Shown in pieces: positions 1-12,819 of a DNA stretch of 64,000 nucleotides. Both the position numbers and the translations under genes were made by a program. The stretch spans positions 62,001 through 126,000 of the forward strand of contig NIVC01002168.1 in NCBI GenBank assembly GCA_002269645.1, written 5' to 3'. The stretch is from Macrostomum lignano (Eukaryota). A model generated the notes under the pieces. That model did no database searches. It saw nothing but the letters and a program-made list of their open reading frames with translations, and had not been told where the DNA came from. Position 1 is the first letter of the stretch; each line of letters starts with the position of its first letter.

Positions 1-1140
1 TTTGTCTACTCTCTCTCCTCTCCCTTTGTCTACTCTCTCTCCTCTCCCTCGTCTACTCTCTCTTCTCCCCCTCGTCTACTCTCTCTCCTCTCCCTTTGTC
101 TACCCTCTCTCATCTCCCTTTGTCTACTCTCTCCTCTCCCCTTGTCTACTCTCTCTCCTCTCCCCTTGTCTACTCTCTCTCCTCTCCCTTTGTCTACTCT
201 CTCCTCTCCCCTTGTCTACTCTCTCTCCTCTCCCTTTGTCTACTCTCTCTCCTCTCCCTTTGTCTACTCTCTCTCCTCTCCCTTTGTCTACTCTCTCTCC
301 TCTCCCCTCGTCTACTCTCTCTCCTCTCCCTTTGTCTACCCTCTCTCATCTCCCTTTGTCTACTCTCTCCTCTCCCCTTGTCTACTCTCTCTCCTCCCCC
401 TCGTCTACTCTCTCTCCTCTCCCTTTGTCTACTCTCTCCTCTCCCCTTGTCTACTCTCTCTCCTCCCCCTTGTCTACTCTCTCTCCTCTCCCTTTGTCTA
501 CTCTCTCCTCTCCCTTTGTCTACTCTCTCCTCTCCCCTTGTCTACTCTCTCTCCTCTCCCCTTGTCTACTCTCTCTCCTCCCCCTCGTCTACTCTCTCTC
601 TCCTCTCTCTTTGTCTACTCTCTTTTCTCCCCCTTGTCTACTCCCTCTCCTCTCCCTTTGTCTACTCTCTCCTCTCCCTTTGTCTACTCTCTCCTCTCCC
701 CTTGTCTACTCTCTCTCCTCCCCCTTGTCTACTCTCTCTCCTCTCCTTTGTCTACTCTCTCTCCTCCCCCTTGTCTACTCTCTCTCCTCTCCCTTTGTCT
801 ACTCTCTCTCCTCTCCCTTTGTCTACTCTCTCCTCTCCCCTTGTCTACTCTCTCTCCTCCCCCTCGTCTACTCTCTCTCCTCTCCCTTTGTCTACTCTCT
901 CCTCTCCCCTTGTCTACTCTCTCTCCTCCCCCTCGTCTACTCTCTCTCTCCTCTCTCTTTGTCTACTCTCTCTCCTCTCCCTTTGTCTACCCTCTCTCCT
1001 CTCCCTTTGTCTACTCTCTCTCCTCCCCCTCGTCTACTCTCTCTCCTCCCCCTTGTCTACTCTCTCTCCTCCCCCTCGTCTACTCTCTCTCTCCTCTCTC
1101 TTTGTCTACTCTCTTTTCTCTCGTCTCTACTCTTATCTAC
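1..1140. repeat. CT-rich minisatellite, unit about 24-27 bp (TTTGTCTACTCTCTCTCCTCTCCC)
   Basis: Direct tandem periodicity; source of the L/S/P ORFs. Confidence 0.95.
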
Positions 1141-1659
1141 CCTCTCCCCTAATCTACCCGAAATCCTCCCCTTTGTCTACCCCCTGGTATCTAGCAGAGC
1201 CCCTTTCTCAGTATCGCGGTCTTCAAGCCCCATCCCAGCTCCTAATGAGGCTCCCCAGCTTCCAGCAGGCCGTTCGCACTCTACCAGTTCGCTCGTCTGC
1301 AAGATCTGGTCAGATAAGGATCGCATCCTTCCTCGAACACGCAGTCTGTTTGCTTCGATTGGCAGATCTTTACTTATTCTTCGAATTTATGGCACCCCGG
1401 CTGCCGCTTGTGGAAGACACGGGCTTGCTGGCTTGCAGTCAATGGTAATAACACCCAGGTACTAGCGTAATGAAAAAGTCAGACTGGGCCCAATATATCG
1501 GTGATTAGGGAGAGAGGTCGCGAGAGGTCACTGTAATCGCCCATATTCCCTGCCTTAATCTTATGCACTACTGACCTTAATATCCTAGATTCTACCCCAT
1601 AATCACCTGTTCTTCACCTCGATTCCATCGATTTCTTCATTCCTCGCCGCTTTCCCCAT

Positions 1660-2195
1660 AGATTCCTCGCCGTGATCCCCATGGATTCATCGCCTTAACC
1701 CCTTGGAATCCTCGCCGTAATCCCCATAGATTTCTTGCCCTAATCCCTTGGTTTCCTCGCCGTAATCCCTGGATTCCTCGCCGTAATCCCTGGATTCCTC
1801 GCCGTAATCCCTGGATTCCTCGCCGTAATCCCCTAGATTCCTCGCCGTTATTCCCATAGATTCATCGCCATAATCCCCTGAATTCCAATTTAAATTCTCC
1901 CAGATTCCTCCCGTAATCACTAGGATTCCTCACCGTAATCTCTTGGACTCCTCGCCGTAATCACTTGGATTCATCGCCGTAATCCCTAGGATTTCTCGCC
2001 GTTTTCCCTAGGATTCCTCGCCGTAATTTCCATAGATTCCTCGCCGTAATCACTTGGATTCATCGCCGTAATCCCTAGGATTTCTCGCCGTTTTCCCTAG
2101 GATTCCTCGCCGTAATCCCCATAGATTCCTCGCCCTAATCTCTTGGATTCCTCGCCGTAATCCCCCATAGATGATTCCTCACCGTAATGAGAAAA
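1660..2195. repeat. 21-bp minisatellite (GGATTCCTCGCCGTAATCCCT)
   Basis: Tandem copies starting about 30 nt from the GPCR exon 3 donor. Confidence 0.9.
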
Positions 2196-2225
2196 TTCAT
2201 AATGAAATCCGCGGTCGGCACTCAC

Positions 2226-5200
2226 CGTTGGCATTGGACGGTGCCAGGAGGTTCTCGTGCACAGCCCTGGTGTAGTCTGGCGCCTCCCAATCCGAGCTGT
2301 CAATTTTAATCTTAGTTGAGATGCAGATCCGACCGTGCCGAGTCTTCGGCGAGGTCTCCGACTCGATGAGCTGCTCGAACACGTTGAAGGCCGTTGTGCC
2401 GTAGTTTGTGTCGTCGTAGACCACGTGGACGTAGGTCCAGTTCTGCTGCCTGCAGCGAGCCAGCGAATGGGGAAGTCTTTGATCTCTCGAGTGATCAGGT
2501 GATTGACAGTTCATAAATGAGATCATGAGTTCATGATTGACAGCTCATAAATGAGATCATGAGTTCATGATTGACAGTTCATAAGTGAGATCATGAGCTC
2601 ATGATTGACAGTTCATAAATGAGGTCATGAGCTCGTGATTGACAGCTCATAAATGAGGTCATGAGCTCATGATTGACAGCTCATAAATGAGGTCATGAGC
2701 TCAAGATTGACAGTTCATAAATGAGATCATGAGCTCATGATTGACACCTCATACTCGTGTATAAGATCATGAGTTCATGATTGACAGTTCATAAATGAGA
2801 TCATGAGCTCGTGATTGACAGCTCATAAATGAGATCATGAGTTGATGATTGACAGCTCATAAATGAGATCATGAGTTCATGATTGACACTTCCTAAGTGA
2901 GATCATGAGCTCGTGATTGACAGTTCATAAATGAGATCATGAGCTCGTGCTTGATAGCTCATAAATGAGATCATGAGCTCGTGCTTGATAGCTCATAAAT
3001 GAGGTCATGAGCTCGTGATTGACAGCTCATAAATGAGATCATGAGCTCATGATTGACAGCTCATACTCGTATATAAGATAATGAGCTCATGATTGTTAGC
3101 TCATAAATGAGATCATGAGCTTTGAAAGTTCGTGAGTTGCAGTTTATGAGCGATTCCATGAATGAGTAAATATTTCCGGTTTGCTTAAGGAAACATGCAG
3201 CATTTAAAAGTGCAAAGAGGATCGGAACGCAAGCTGACCCAAGCAAAATCTATTGGCTGTCGGACCCCTCGGGGATCGCTTTTTCTCGGTCAATCTTCTG
3301 GGCCTGTCTGCCGTGTCGGCTGGTAGGAGTGCGGGCATAGAGATTGGTTGGGTAGGAAGAAGTGCAAAACATCAAGTTAAAGCTGCACCGTGACAGAAAT
3401 TCGGCTCAAGACTTGGCGTTTGTCTCCGATTTGAACTCGAGGAGTGGGGACGGGAGGAGAATTGAGTTTTCCTGACTGCAGTATAAGAAATTTGCTGAAG
3501 TGGCTATCAGGAAGCCGCTAGCCAGAAGTAAACGCTTGAAGGTTTTGCACTCGTACAAGGCTGCGCGCGGAAACCCTCATTTCTCGTGGGATTCTGTTGA
3601 AACAGATTCTTCGCCTGCGAGATCTATCTTGTAGATTTGCTTGTTTGCTTAGAGAGGACTCAGGAGGGCGACTGTGAGAAGTGCGCGAAATCAAACATGG
3701 ATTTCGTAGAAAGAAAGCTTTTTATATTTTATACAGGAGTGGCATCAGCTTTTAAATCAAACTCAAGCTCGTAAGAATTTCATGTGAACTGGAACTCAAG
3801 CTAATGAGAAGTTCATGTGAACTGGAACTCAAACTAATGAGAAGTTCATGTCAATTGGAACTCAAACTAATGAGAAGTTCATGTCAATTGGAACTCAAGC
3901 TGAGGAGAATTTCATGAGAACTGGAACTCAAGCTGGTGAGAATTTCATGAGAACTGGAACTCAAACTGATGAGAATTTCATGAGAACTGGAACTCAAGCT
4001 GATGAGAATTTCATGAGAACTAGAACTCCAGCCGGTGTGAATTTCACGAGAACTGTAACTCAAGCTGATGAGAATTTCATGAGAACTGGAACTCAAGCTG
4101 ATGAGAATTTCATGAGAACTGGAACTTAAACTGATGAGAATTTCATGAGAACTGGAACTCAAGCCGGTAAGAATTTCATGAGAACTGGAACTCAAACCGG
4201 TGAGAATTTCATGAGAACTGGAACTCAAGCTGATGAGAATTTCATGAGAACTGGAACTCAAACCGGTGAGAATTTCATGAGAACTGGAACTCAAACCGGT
4301 GAGAATTTCATGAGAACTGGAACTCAAGCCGGTGAGAATTTCATGAGAACTGGAACTCAAGCTGATGAGAATTTCATGAGAACTGGAACTCAAGCTGGTG
4401 AGAATTTCATGAGAACTGGAACTCGGGCCGGTGAGAATTTCATGAGAACTGGAACTCAAACCGGTGAGAATTTCATGAGAACTGGAACTCAAGCCGGTGA
4501 GAATTTCATGAGAACTGGAAATCAAGCTGATGAGAATTTCATGAGAACTGGAACTCAAGCTGATGAGAATTTCATGAGAACTGGAACTCAAGCTGATGAG
4601 AATTTCATGAGAACTGGAACTCAAGCTGAGGAGAAGTTTAAGACAAATGACCTACAGTATTTAAAAAAGACTTAAAAGGGGGATACAAGAATGAACTCCA
4701 GCTTTGCTCAGCAGGCCGTCGTGCAGTTTCTTTAATTTCTGCTTCAAGTTCGAGGGTCAGCAATGATTCGAGCTTGTGAAAGCCTAAAAGAAACTGACTA
4801 AAAAGAGTAGCAAGTTTTAAAGAAAATTTTCCGCGAAAAAATGTTTCAACAAGCAGGCAAGGGTTTTCCTGCCGTGCTTTCGGACACCTGCTACCCCGGT
4901 TCGAATTCCAGTGAGCTCCGCATTGAGAACTCCCCTCCTTTGAGAGAAACACTGGCTTCGCTCGCTATAACCATTCAAGCAATCGAAAGTAACTCCCAAA
5001 ACACAGGGGTAGCCCTTCAAAGCATGCAGTTCATGGAGCTCTAACGAGTCTGATGTCTGGGCTGACAGCCAAAATCAAAAGAGCTTTATTGAGAAAAATC
5101 GATGTCCATGGAAGAAAATGGCTGGAAGGCCGGGCATCAGGTGCCCAGACACAGACACACACAGACTCCCACTCACACACACGCTCACTCAAGGTGTACA

Positions 5201-8200
5201 CCGGTCCTGACTTTCTAACAGACAAGCATGTACACTTTCTGCGCCTTGGGGTTGGCCGTCATGGGTATGAACCTGACCAGGTCAACCTCGACCCACCTGA
5301 CCAGGTAAAACATGACTCACCTGAGCAGGTCAACCGTGACTCACCTGACCAGGTAAAACATGACTCACCTGAGCAGGTCAAACATGACTCACCTGAGCAG
5401 GTCAACCGTGACTCACCTGAGCAGGTCAAACATGACTCACCTGAGCGGGTCAAACATGACTCACCTGAGCAGGTCAAACATGACTCACCTGAGCGGGTCA
5501 AACATGACTTACCTGAGCAGGTCAACCATGACTCACCTGAGCAGGTCAAACATGACTCACATGAGCAGGTTAACCATGACTCACCTGACCAGGTCAACCA
5601 TGACTCACTTGAGCAGGTCAACCATGACTCACCTGACCAGGTCAACCATGACTCACTTGAGCAGGTCAACCATGACTCACCTGACCAGGTCAACCATGAC
5701 TCACTTGAGCCGGTCAACCATGACTCACCTGACCAGGTCAACCATGACTCACTTGACCAGGTCAACCATGACTCACTTGAGCAGGTCAACCATGACTCAC
5801 CTGACCAGGTCAAACGTGACTCACCTGAGCAGGTCAACGATGCCCCGCACCGTGTTGGAGTCGGATGGAACGGTGCGCAGAAAGTAGGGATATTTCTCCT
5901 TGGAGCTCAGGATCGAAGATGTTGACAGGTAGCTGATCTGAAAGGAACAGTGTTGAGCGAATAAAGTTCACATTGAGGCAGTTATGGAAGGGCAAACTTG
6001 CCCCTACTCTGTGCTCGGCACGCCTGAGAATTTTGAATTGGAGATTAATGACCTGTGTGGGGTAGCAGCAGAAGGCTCTTTCAGCACTCGTGTTTACTCT
6101 CAGCGCTCAGGCAGGTCTTCTGCTTTTGCATATTTGAAGCAGCTGCTGACTTCGCTCTCGCTTCTGTTTCCCCCCGCAATCTTTCGCGTTCCCTTTTCTT
6201 CCCATTATTTCCAGCCGACTCCTGATTTCCCGGACAGGGCCTGTACTTTTATTTATTATTTATCTACGAATCCTTCCGTAGCTCAGTAATTTCCAGTTGC
6301 TGCAATCACACAGCATTATCGGACGGTCATGGCGTCTCTCGATTGCTTCAGTCAATGGCTTTCTGAACAGGCTATGCTGGATTGGTTAAGATTGCAGGCA
6401 CTGGTGCTTTGTTGGGGGCTCAATAGCCTGCCAAGACAGGTGCTTTGGGGAGGTCAACATCTTCCAGAAACCGGTGCCTTTTGGAGGTCAACATCTTCCA
6501 GACACTGGTGCTTTGGGGAGGTCAACATCGATTAGACACTGGTGCTTTGGGGAGGTCAACATCGATTTGACACTGGTGCTTTGGGGAGGTCAACATCGAT
6601 TAGACACTGATGCTTTGGGGAGGTCAACATCTTCCAGACACTGGTGCTTTGGGGAGGTCAACATCGATTAGACACTGGTGCTTTGGGGAGGTCAACATCT
6701 TCCAGACACTGGTGCTTTGGGGAGGTCAACATCGATTAGACACTGATGCTTTGGGGAGGTCAACATCTTCCAGACACTGGTGCTTTGGGGAGGTCAACAT
6801 CGATTAGACACTGGTGCTTTGGGGAGGTCAACATCTTCCAGACACTGGTGCTTTGGGGAGGTCAACATCTTCCAGACACCGGTGCCTTTTTGAGGTCAAC
6901 GTTTTCAGACACCGGTGCCTTTTGGAGGTCAACATTTTCAGACACCGGTGCTTTTTGGAGGTCAACATCTTCCAGACACCGGTGTTTTGGAGAGGTCAAC
7001 AGCCTGCAGGCACCGGTGCTTTTTGGAGAGGTCAACAGCCTGCAGGCACCGGTGCTTGTGAAGAAGTCGGCATTCTGTAAACGCACGAAGGCCACTGGCC
7101 GTTTGTTATTTCAGTGGAAAACCAATTTATTTACAAGATGAAAGTGCTCGCAACAACTTATTTCTTAATTCTCCATTTCTTCTTGATGATAGGTTCCGTA
7201 GGCTGTTAAAGCAGCGGTGGCTGCACTGGCTGTGGGAGGGCATCGATTCCTCACCTGAATTTGAATACTTTTCATCAAGGATGCGGAAATGCTCAATAAT
7301 ATGCATGCAGTCGGTGCTAGAAATGCACTGCACAGGCGAGAGTTTATAACCTCAGCTCAAAAATATAGATTTCGGCAGTTCGATTAGCAGAGCGGCAAAG
7401 CTCCCGAACTGCCCCCTCCCCGGTGCCCCAGATCTCCGACACGCAAAAGTACTCTTAAAACTTCAGTAGCCCGGCTACGGTAAATCTTCTTCTTTTGAGA
7501 CACGAAATGAGACTCAATGAGTGACACAGGGTGAGACACGGTGTTAGACACACAATTAGACTCAATGAGTGACACAGGGTGAGACACGGTGTTAGACACA
7601 CAATGAGACTCAATGAGTGACACAGGGTGAGACACTGTGTTAGACACACAATGAGACTCAATGAGTGACACAGGGTGAGACACGGTGTTAGACACACAAT
7701 GAGACTCAATGAGTGACACAGGGTGAGACACGGTGTTAGACACACAATGAGACTCAATGAGTGACACAGGGGGAGACACGATGTTAGACACGAAATGAGA
7801 CTCAATGAGTGACACAGGGTGAGACACGGTGTTAGACACAAAATGAGACTCAATGAGTGACACAGGGTGAGACACGGTGTTAGACACAAAATGAGACTCA
7901 ATGAGTGACACAGGGTGAGACACGGTGTTAGACACACAATGAGACTCAATGAGTGACACAGGGTGAGACACGGTGTTAGACACGAAATGAGACTCAATGA
8001 ATGACACAGGGTGAGACACGGCGTTAGACACACAATGAGACTCAATGAGTGACACAGGGGGAGACACGGTGTTAGACACGAAATGAGACTCAATGAGTGA
8101 CACAGGGGGAGACACGGTGTTAGACACACAATTAGACTCAATGAGTGACACAGGGTTGAGACACGGTGTTAGACACGAAATGAGACTCAATGAGTGACAC

Positions 8201-9398
8201 AGGGTGAGACACGGTGTTAGACACGAAATGAGACTCAATGAGTGACACAGGGTGAGACACGGTGTTAGACACGAAATGAGACTCAATGAATGACACAGGG
8301 TGAGACACGGCGTTAGACACGAAATGAGACTCAATGAGTGACACAGGGTGAGACACGGTGTTAGACACGAAATGAGACTCAATGAGTGACACAGGGGGAG
8401 ACACGGTGTTAGACACGAAATGAGACTCAATGAGTGACACAGGGTTGAGACACGGTGTTAGACACGAAATGAGACTCAATGAGTGACACAGGGTGAGACA
8501 CGGTGTTAGACACGAAATGAGACTCAATGAGTGACACAGGGGGAGACACGGTGTTAGACACGAAATGAGACTCAATGAGTGACACAGGGGGAGACACGGT
8601 GTTAGACACGAAATGAGACTCAATGAGTGACACAGGGGGAGACACGGTGTTAGACACGAAATGAGACTCAATGAGTGACACAGGGGGAGACACGGTGTTA
8701 GACACGAAATGAGACTCAATGAGTGACACAGGGGGAGACACGGTGTTAGACACGAAATGAGACTCAATGAGTGACACGAATCGTTGTGCGTTCATCGTTG
8801 AAGAAAGGCCAGCACTCACCTGCGGCACCCGGAAGTGCTTCATAAATCCGGCAATGGCGACCGTGACGTCGCTCTCGGCGGCTCCGAGAAGCCCGATGAC
8901 GCCGTCGAAGCCGCCGCCGCCGCCGACACCGGCGCTGGCAACGAACTCAGGCCGGCCGCCGGCCGAGCAGCGGATGAGGCCGCGGCGCAGAGCTCCAGCC
9001 GCCAGCGCGTTAGTAAAGTTAAGCGACTGCGTCAGCGCCACATCGACATCCTGGCAGGTGTCGACTAGGAGGGCGCCGATCTGAAGGCCGCCAGCCAGCA
9101 AGCGGGACTGGCGCAGCTGCTCCAGGGTGAACAGCGTCGCCTCCACGGCCTGGACGCCTTCGAACGGATTGAGACGGCCGCACCGGTTGTTGGGCCCGGC
9201 GGAGAGGTTGGCGTAGTGCAGCGGGAACAGGCCGCCGAGCAGCAGGTCCCCGGGATACACTCCCGTCCGAAGGCCTGCTGCAGCAGCCTGCCGAGGCCAG
9301 GTCAGCGCTAGCAGCATCAGCAGCAGAATCCGCCTCGCCAGAGAGGACGAAGAAGGCTGAGGATGACGCAATCCCGATTGTACCAACGGGAATGCCAT
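2226..9398 (-). CDS. Class C GPCR, metabotropic glutamate receptor-like (signal peptide plus Venus-flytrap domain). Exons 9398-8820, 5937-5825, 2449-2226; 3' part lies beyond the left edge of the window
   Basis: Hand-spliced translation gives GDLLLGGLFPLH...CGRLN..EGVQAVEATLF...GALLVDTC...LGAAESDVTVAIA...FRVPQ|ISYLSTSSILSSKEKYPYFLRTVPSD...DLLR|QQNWTYVHVVYDDTNYG...ICISTKIKI, collinear with the mGluR N-terminal domain. All junctions are GT-AG with compatible phases (0, 2, then 1). Confidence 0.9.
2500..3122. repeat. 34-bp minisatellite with 16-bp palindrome ATCATGAGCTCATGAT
   Basis: Unit GAGATCATGAGCTCATGATTGACAGCTCATAAAT, about 18 copies. Confidence 0.95.
3780..4635. repeat. 33-bp minisatellite (GAGAATTTCATGAGAACTGGAACTCAAGCTGAT)
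   Basis: About 25 tandem copies. Confidence 0.95.
5160..5262 (-). mobile_element. Fragment homologous to the SINE central domain
   Basis: Reverse complement GCCAACCCCAAGGCGCAGAAAGTGTACATGC...GTGTACAC...GTGAGCGTGTG aligns by eye with 26775-26860 GCCAACCCCCCAAGGCACAGTGAAGTGTACATGC...TGTACAC...GTGAGTGTGTG. Confidence 0.55.
5272..5838. repeat. 24-bp minisatellite containing the GPCR exon 2 donor site
   Basis: Unit GACTCACCTGAGCAGGTCAACCAT; minus strand reads GTTGACCTGCTCAG|GTGAGTC; the last unit overlaps the real exon end at 5825. Confidence 0.95.
6435..7055. repeat. 34-bp minisatellite (GTGCTTTGGGGAGGTCAACATC[TTCC/GATT]AGACACTG)
   Basis: About 18 copies, two alternating variants. Confidence 0.9.
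7497..8778. repeat. 48-bp minisatellite in GPCR intron 1
   Basis: Unit GAGACTCAATGAGTGACACAGGGTGAGACACGGTGTTAGACACGAAAT, about 26 copies, ending about 40 nt from the exon 1 donor. Confidence 0.95.
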
Positions 9399-9654
9399 CT
9401 GGAGTTATTTCTGTTGATCCTCAAGATGCAGAGCCGGTGTCGGATCTCACAGACTCTCTCTTGCCTGCTTCTGTGATTTCTCCTGCGTTATAAATAGTAA
9501 TAGCTTGTATTAACGGAAGCGACGTATTTGATTCGCTCTGCAGCTGGAGGGCCAATCGCAGAGTTAAAGGAAAGCCAAGCATTGGCTTGTCTTGACATTG
9601 CAATCAGTGCTCGTAGCATTTGTTGCTTTAATTTCATCTGGATTCAAATCGCTA

Positions 9655-10630
<976 letters not shown>

Positions 10631-11074
10631 AAATGAAGACTCATAGCTTAATTAACAAGGTCATTTCATTTTCAATACTGCAGTAAAAATTTATGATTTA
10701 ACTGCATGTGTGAATCATATTATTGCCCATTTACTGTCCTCTGTCTCACTTGTTTACTGAATGAATAAAAATATCGTAAGTTGGAATTATGATTGTATAG
10801 ACAACGTCAATTAATTATTTTTCAATTAATTATTCGATGTATCAATTAATTACGAGCTATAAATTTTGCTTTTCACGCTCATACTACTGAGCAGCTAAAC
10901 ATATTAGTTGAGAATAGTATCTGTGGGCTTATATAGCGCAGCTAGATATTCGTATCTGTGGTCTTAGATTCGTGTTTAAATAAGTTAAATGAGTTTCAAT
11001 GTTTCAGATATTAGATACGATCATACGACAAAATTTTCAAACAGAAAGCTGCCATTTAAAAGCACTTGGAGCAT

Positions 11075-12819
11075 AATAATAATAATAATAATAATAGTTA
11101 CGCCCCACGCCAGCCACGGGAGTGGCCAAGAGGGGGGAGCGTCAAATCGCGCGTTTCAGAGCCAGGTCTCTAATGTGCTTCACACCGGCCGTCTGGCTGG
11201 GTGCTCGCGCATCTTCAAAAAGGCGGTCGACGTAGCGGGCTGATCGTCCCTGACCACGCCTGCGCGGTCCCTGCGGGGTCCACAGCAGGACGTCCTGCAG
11301 CGGCTCTGGGCAGTAGGCTTCGGCCCGGATGACATGGCCGGCAAGCCGCAGGCGCCGCTGACTCAGCAGGGCAGAAGGCCGCGTCAGGCCTGTGCGTTTG
11401 TACAGGGACTCGGTTGTCTCGCTGCCAGGGCCGCGGCGGGCGCCGAAAGCGGCGCGGACTAGGGCCGCATGCGCCGCGTCGAGCTGCGCCTCAAGCGCCC
11501 CGGTCAGCGTCCAGGTCTCAGCATTGTACAGCAGGGCGGTCTCAACAACCGCCTGGAACAGCTGGGACCTGGCGCCATCGGACAGGGCCTCGGAGAGCAG
11601 CACCGCCCGCACAGATCGGAAGGCAGCCCAGGCCTTGCCGCGCCGTCTCGCTAGGTCGTCACCGACGTCCGGCACCAGTCCGCCGAGGTAGACGAACTGA
11701 AGGCACTTCGGGAGCGCCGTCCCGGGGCCGTCGCCGTCTCGAAGTCGAATCTCGGCGGGTAGATCATGCGGCACCGTCAGCACCTCGGTCTTCCTGGCGT
11801 TGATGACGAGACCGACCCTCGCCGCCGCCGCAGTCAGGCCGTCCAGCAGCCGTTGGGCGCCTTCGGCCGTGGAAGACAGCAGGGCGAGGTCGTCCGCGTA
11901 GCCAAGGACAGACAGTTTCTTCTCCGGGTGCCGTCTACTGGTGCGCCTTTGCAGCAGAAAGCCGTTCTCTGATGTCGGCAGGCCGGTCCTGAGCACCCAG
12001 TCCATCACCAGCACGAAGAGAAAGGGCGCCAGAGTGTCACCCTGTAGCACTCCGGAGGTCGTGCTAAACAGGTCCGACGGTCCGTCTGGCGTCGCTACCG
12101 CGGCGGTGGTGTCCTGATACAGCGCCATGATGGCGGAGATCAGCTGCTGCGGTACGTTGTAGGCACGGAGCACGTGAGGCAGCGCGCCGCGCGCCACCGA
12201 GTCGAAGGCCTTGAGGAAGTCAACAAAGATGACGATAAGGCTTGACTGGTGGATGCGCGCCTCCTCGATGATGCGGCGGAGGGCCAGGATCTGCGTCACC
12301 GTACCGCGATGGGGGCGGAACCGTTCTGCTCGTACCGCAGGAACGAGTCCAGCACGGGCTGTAACCGTGCTAATAGCACCCGATTGAACAGCTTCGCGGT
12401 ACAGGACATGAGCGAGATTCCACGATGCTCCTCCTTCCGTGTAGTGCCCGGCTTCTTCGGGATGCCGACGATGTTGGCCTGGGTCCACTCGCGGGGCGCG
12501 GGGCCTCCCGCCAGGACGCCGTTCATCACGCGGGCCACCTCAGTGGCAACCCTTGTGACTCGCAGCGCCTCGACGGGGACCTCGTCCGGGCCGGGGGCGC
12601 GGCCTCCCGGAGCCCTGCGGGCGAATTCCACGACGTCGGTGCTGGTCACAGGACGGGTGTCGAAGTCCTCCTGCCGCGGCAGCGCCACCTCGGGGGGCAG
12701 CGGCATCTCGTTCGGCAGAGTCGGCGGCGGCGCGTTGACAATGGCGGCGAAGAAGGTGCGCAGCTCGTTTCTGCGCTCTTCGGCCGTGTCGCCAGCCAGG
12801 TTGAGCGCAGGGCCATATG
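11075..12819 (-). mobile_element. 5'-truncated RTE-clade non-LTR retrotransposon (RT domain and C-terminus, no endonuclease)
   Basis: RT motifs APGPD, GFRP.R, FVDFLKAFDSV, GVLQGDTLAPFLF, YADD, FVYLG, LRLAGHV.R; stop at 11142-11144; short 3'UTR; (TAT)n tail 11075-11096; 13-bp TSD GCACTTGGAGCAT at 11062-11074 and 12820-12832; a single frameshift near 12320. Confidence 0.93.

Noticed and set aside
2-1465. Long L/S/P-rich ORFs in three frames
   Set aside because: Stop-free translation of a CT minisatellite; the same applies to ORFs over 3848-4675, 5053-5925, 7384-8767, 9528-10686, 21883-22423, 39978-43611, 46027-46757, 47679-48515, 50147-50806, 51984-52645 and 62186-63907.
2500-7055. CRISPR-like appearance of 33-34-bp, partly palindromic repeats
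   Set aside because: Units are contiguous with no unique spacers, there are no cas genes, and the context is eukaryotic introns.
8427-8819. Repetitive C-terminal extension of the GPCR exon 1 ORF
   Set aside because: Read-through past the CAG|GTGAGT donor at 8820 into the 48-bp array; the true continuation is exon 5937-5825.
12310-12330. Programmed frameshifting or pseudogenization at three frame breaks (about 12320, 34710, 45522)
   Set aside because: Each is fixed by adding a single base in GC-rich or homopolymer context, the typical signature of long-read assembly deletions; no slippery site plus structure seen. Needs read-level checking before any biological claim.
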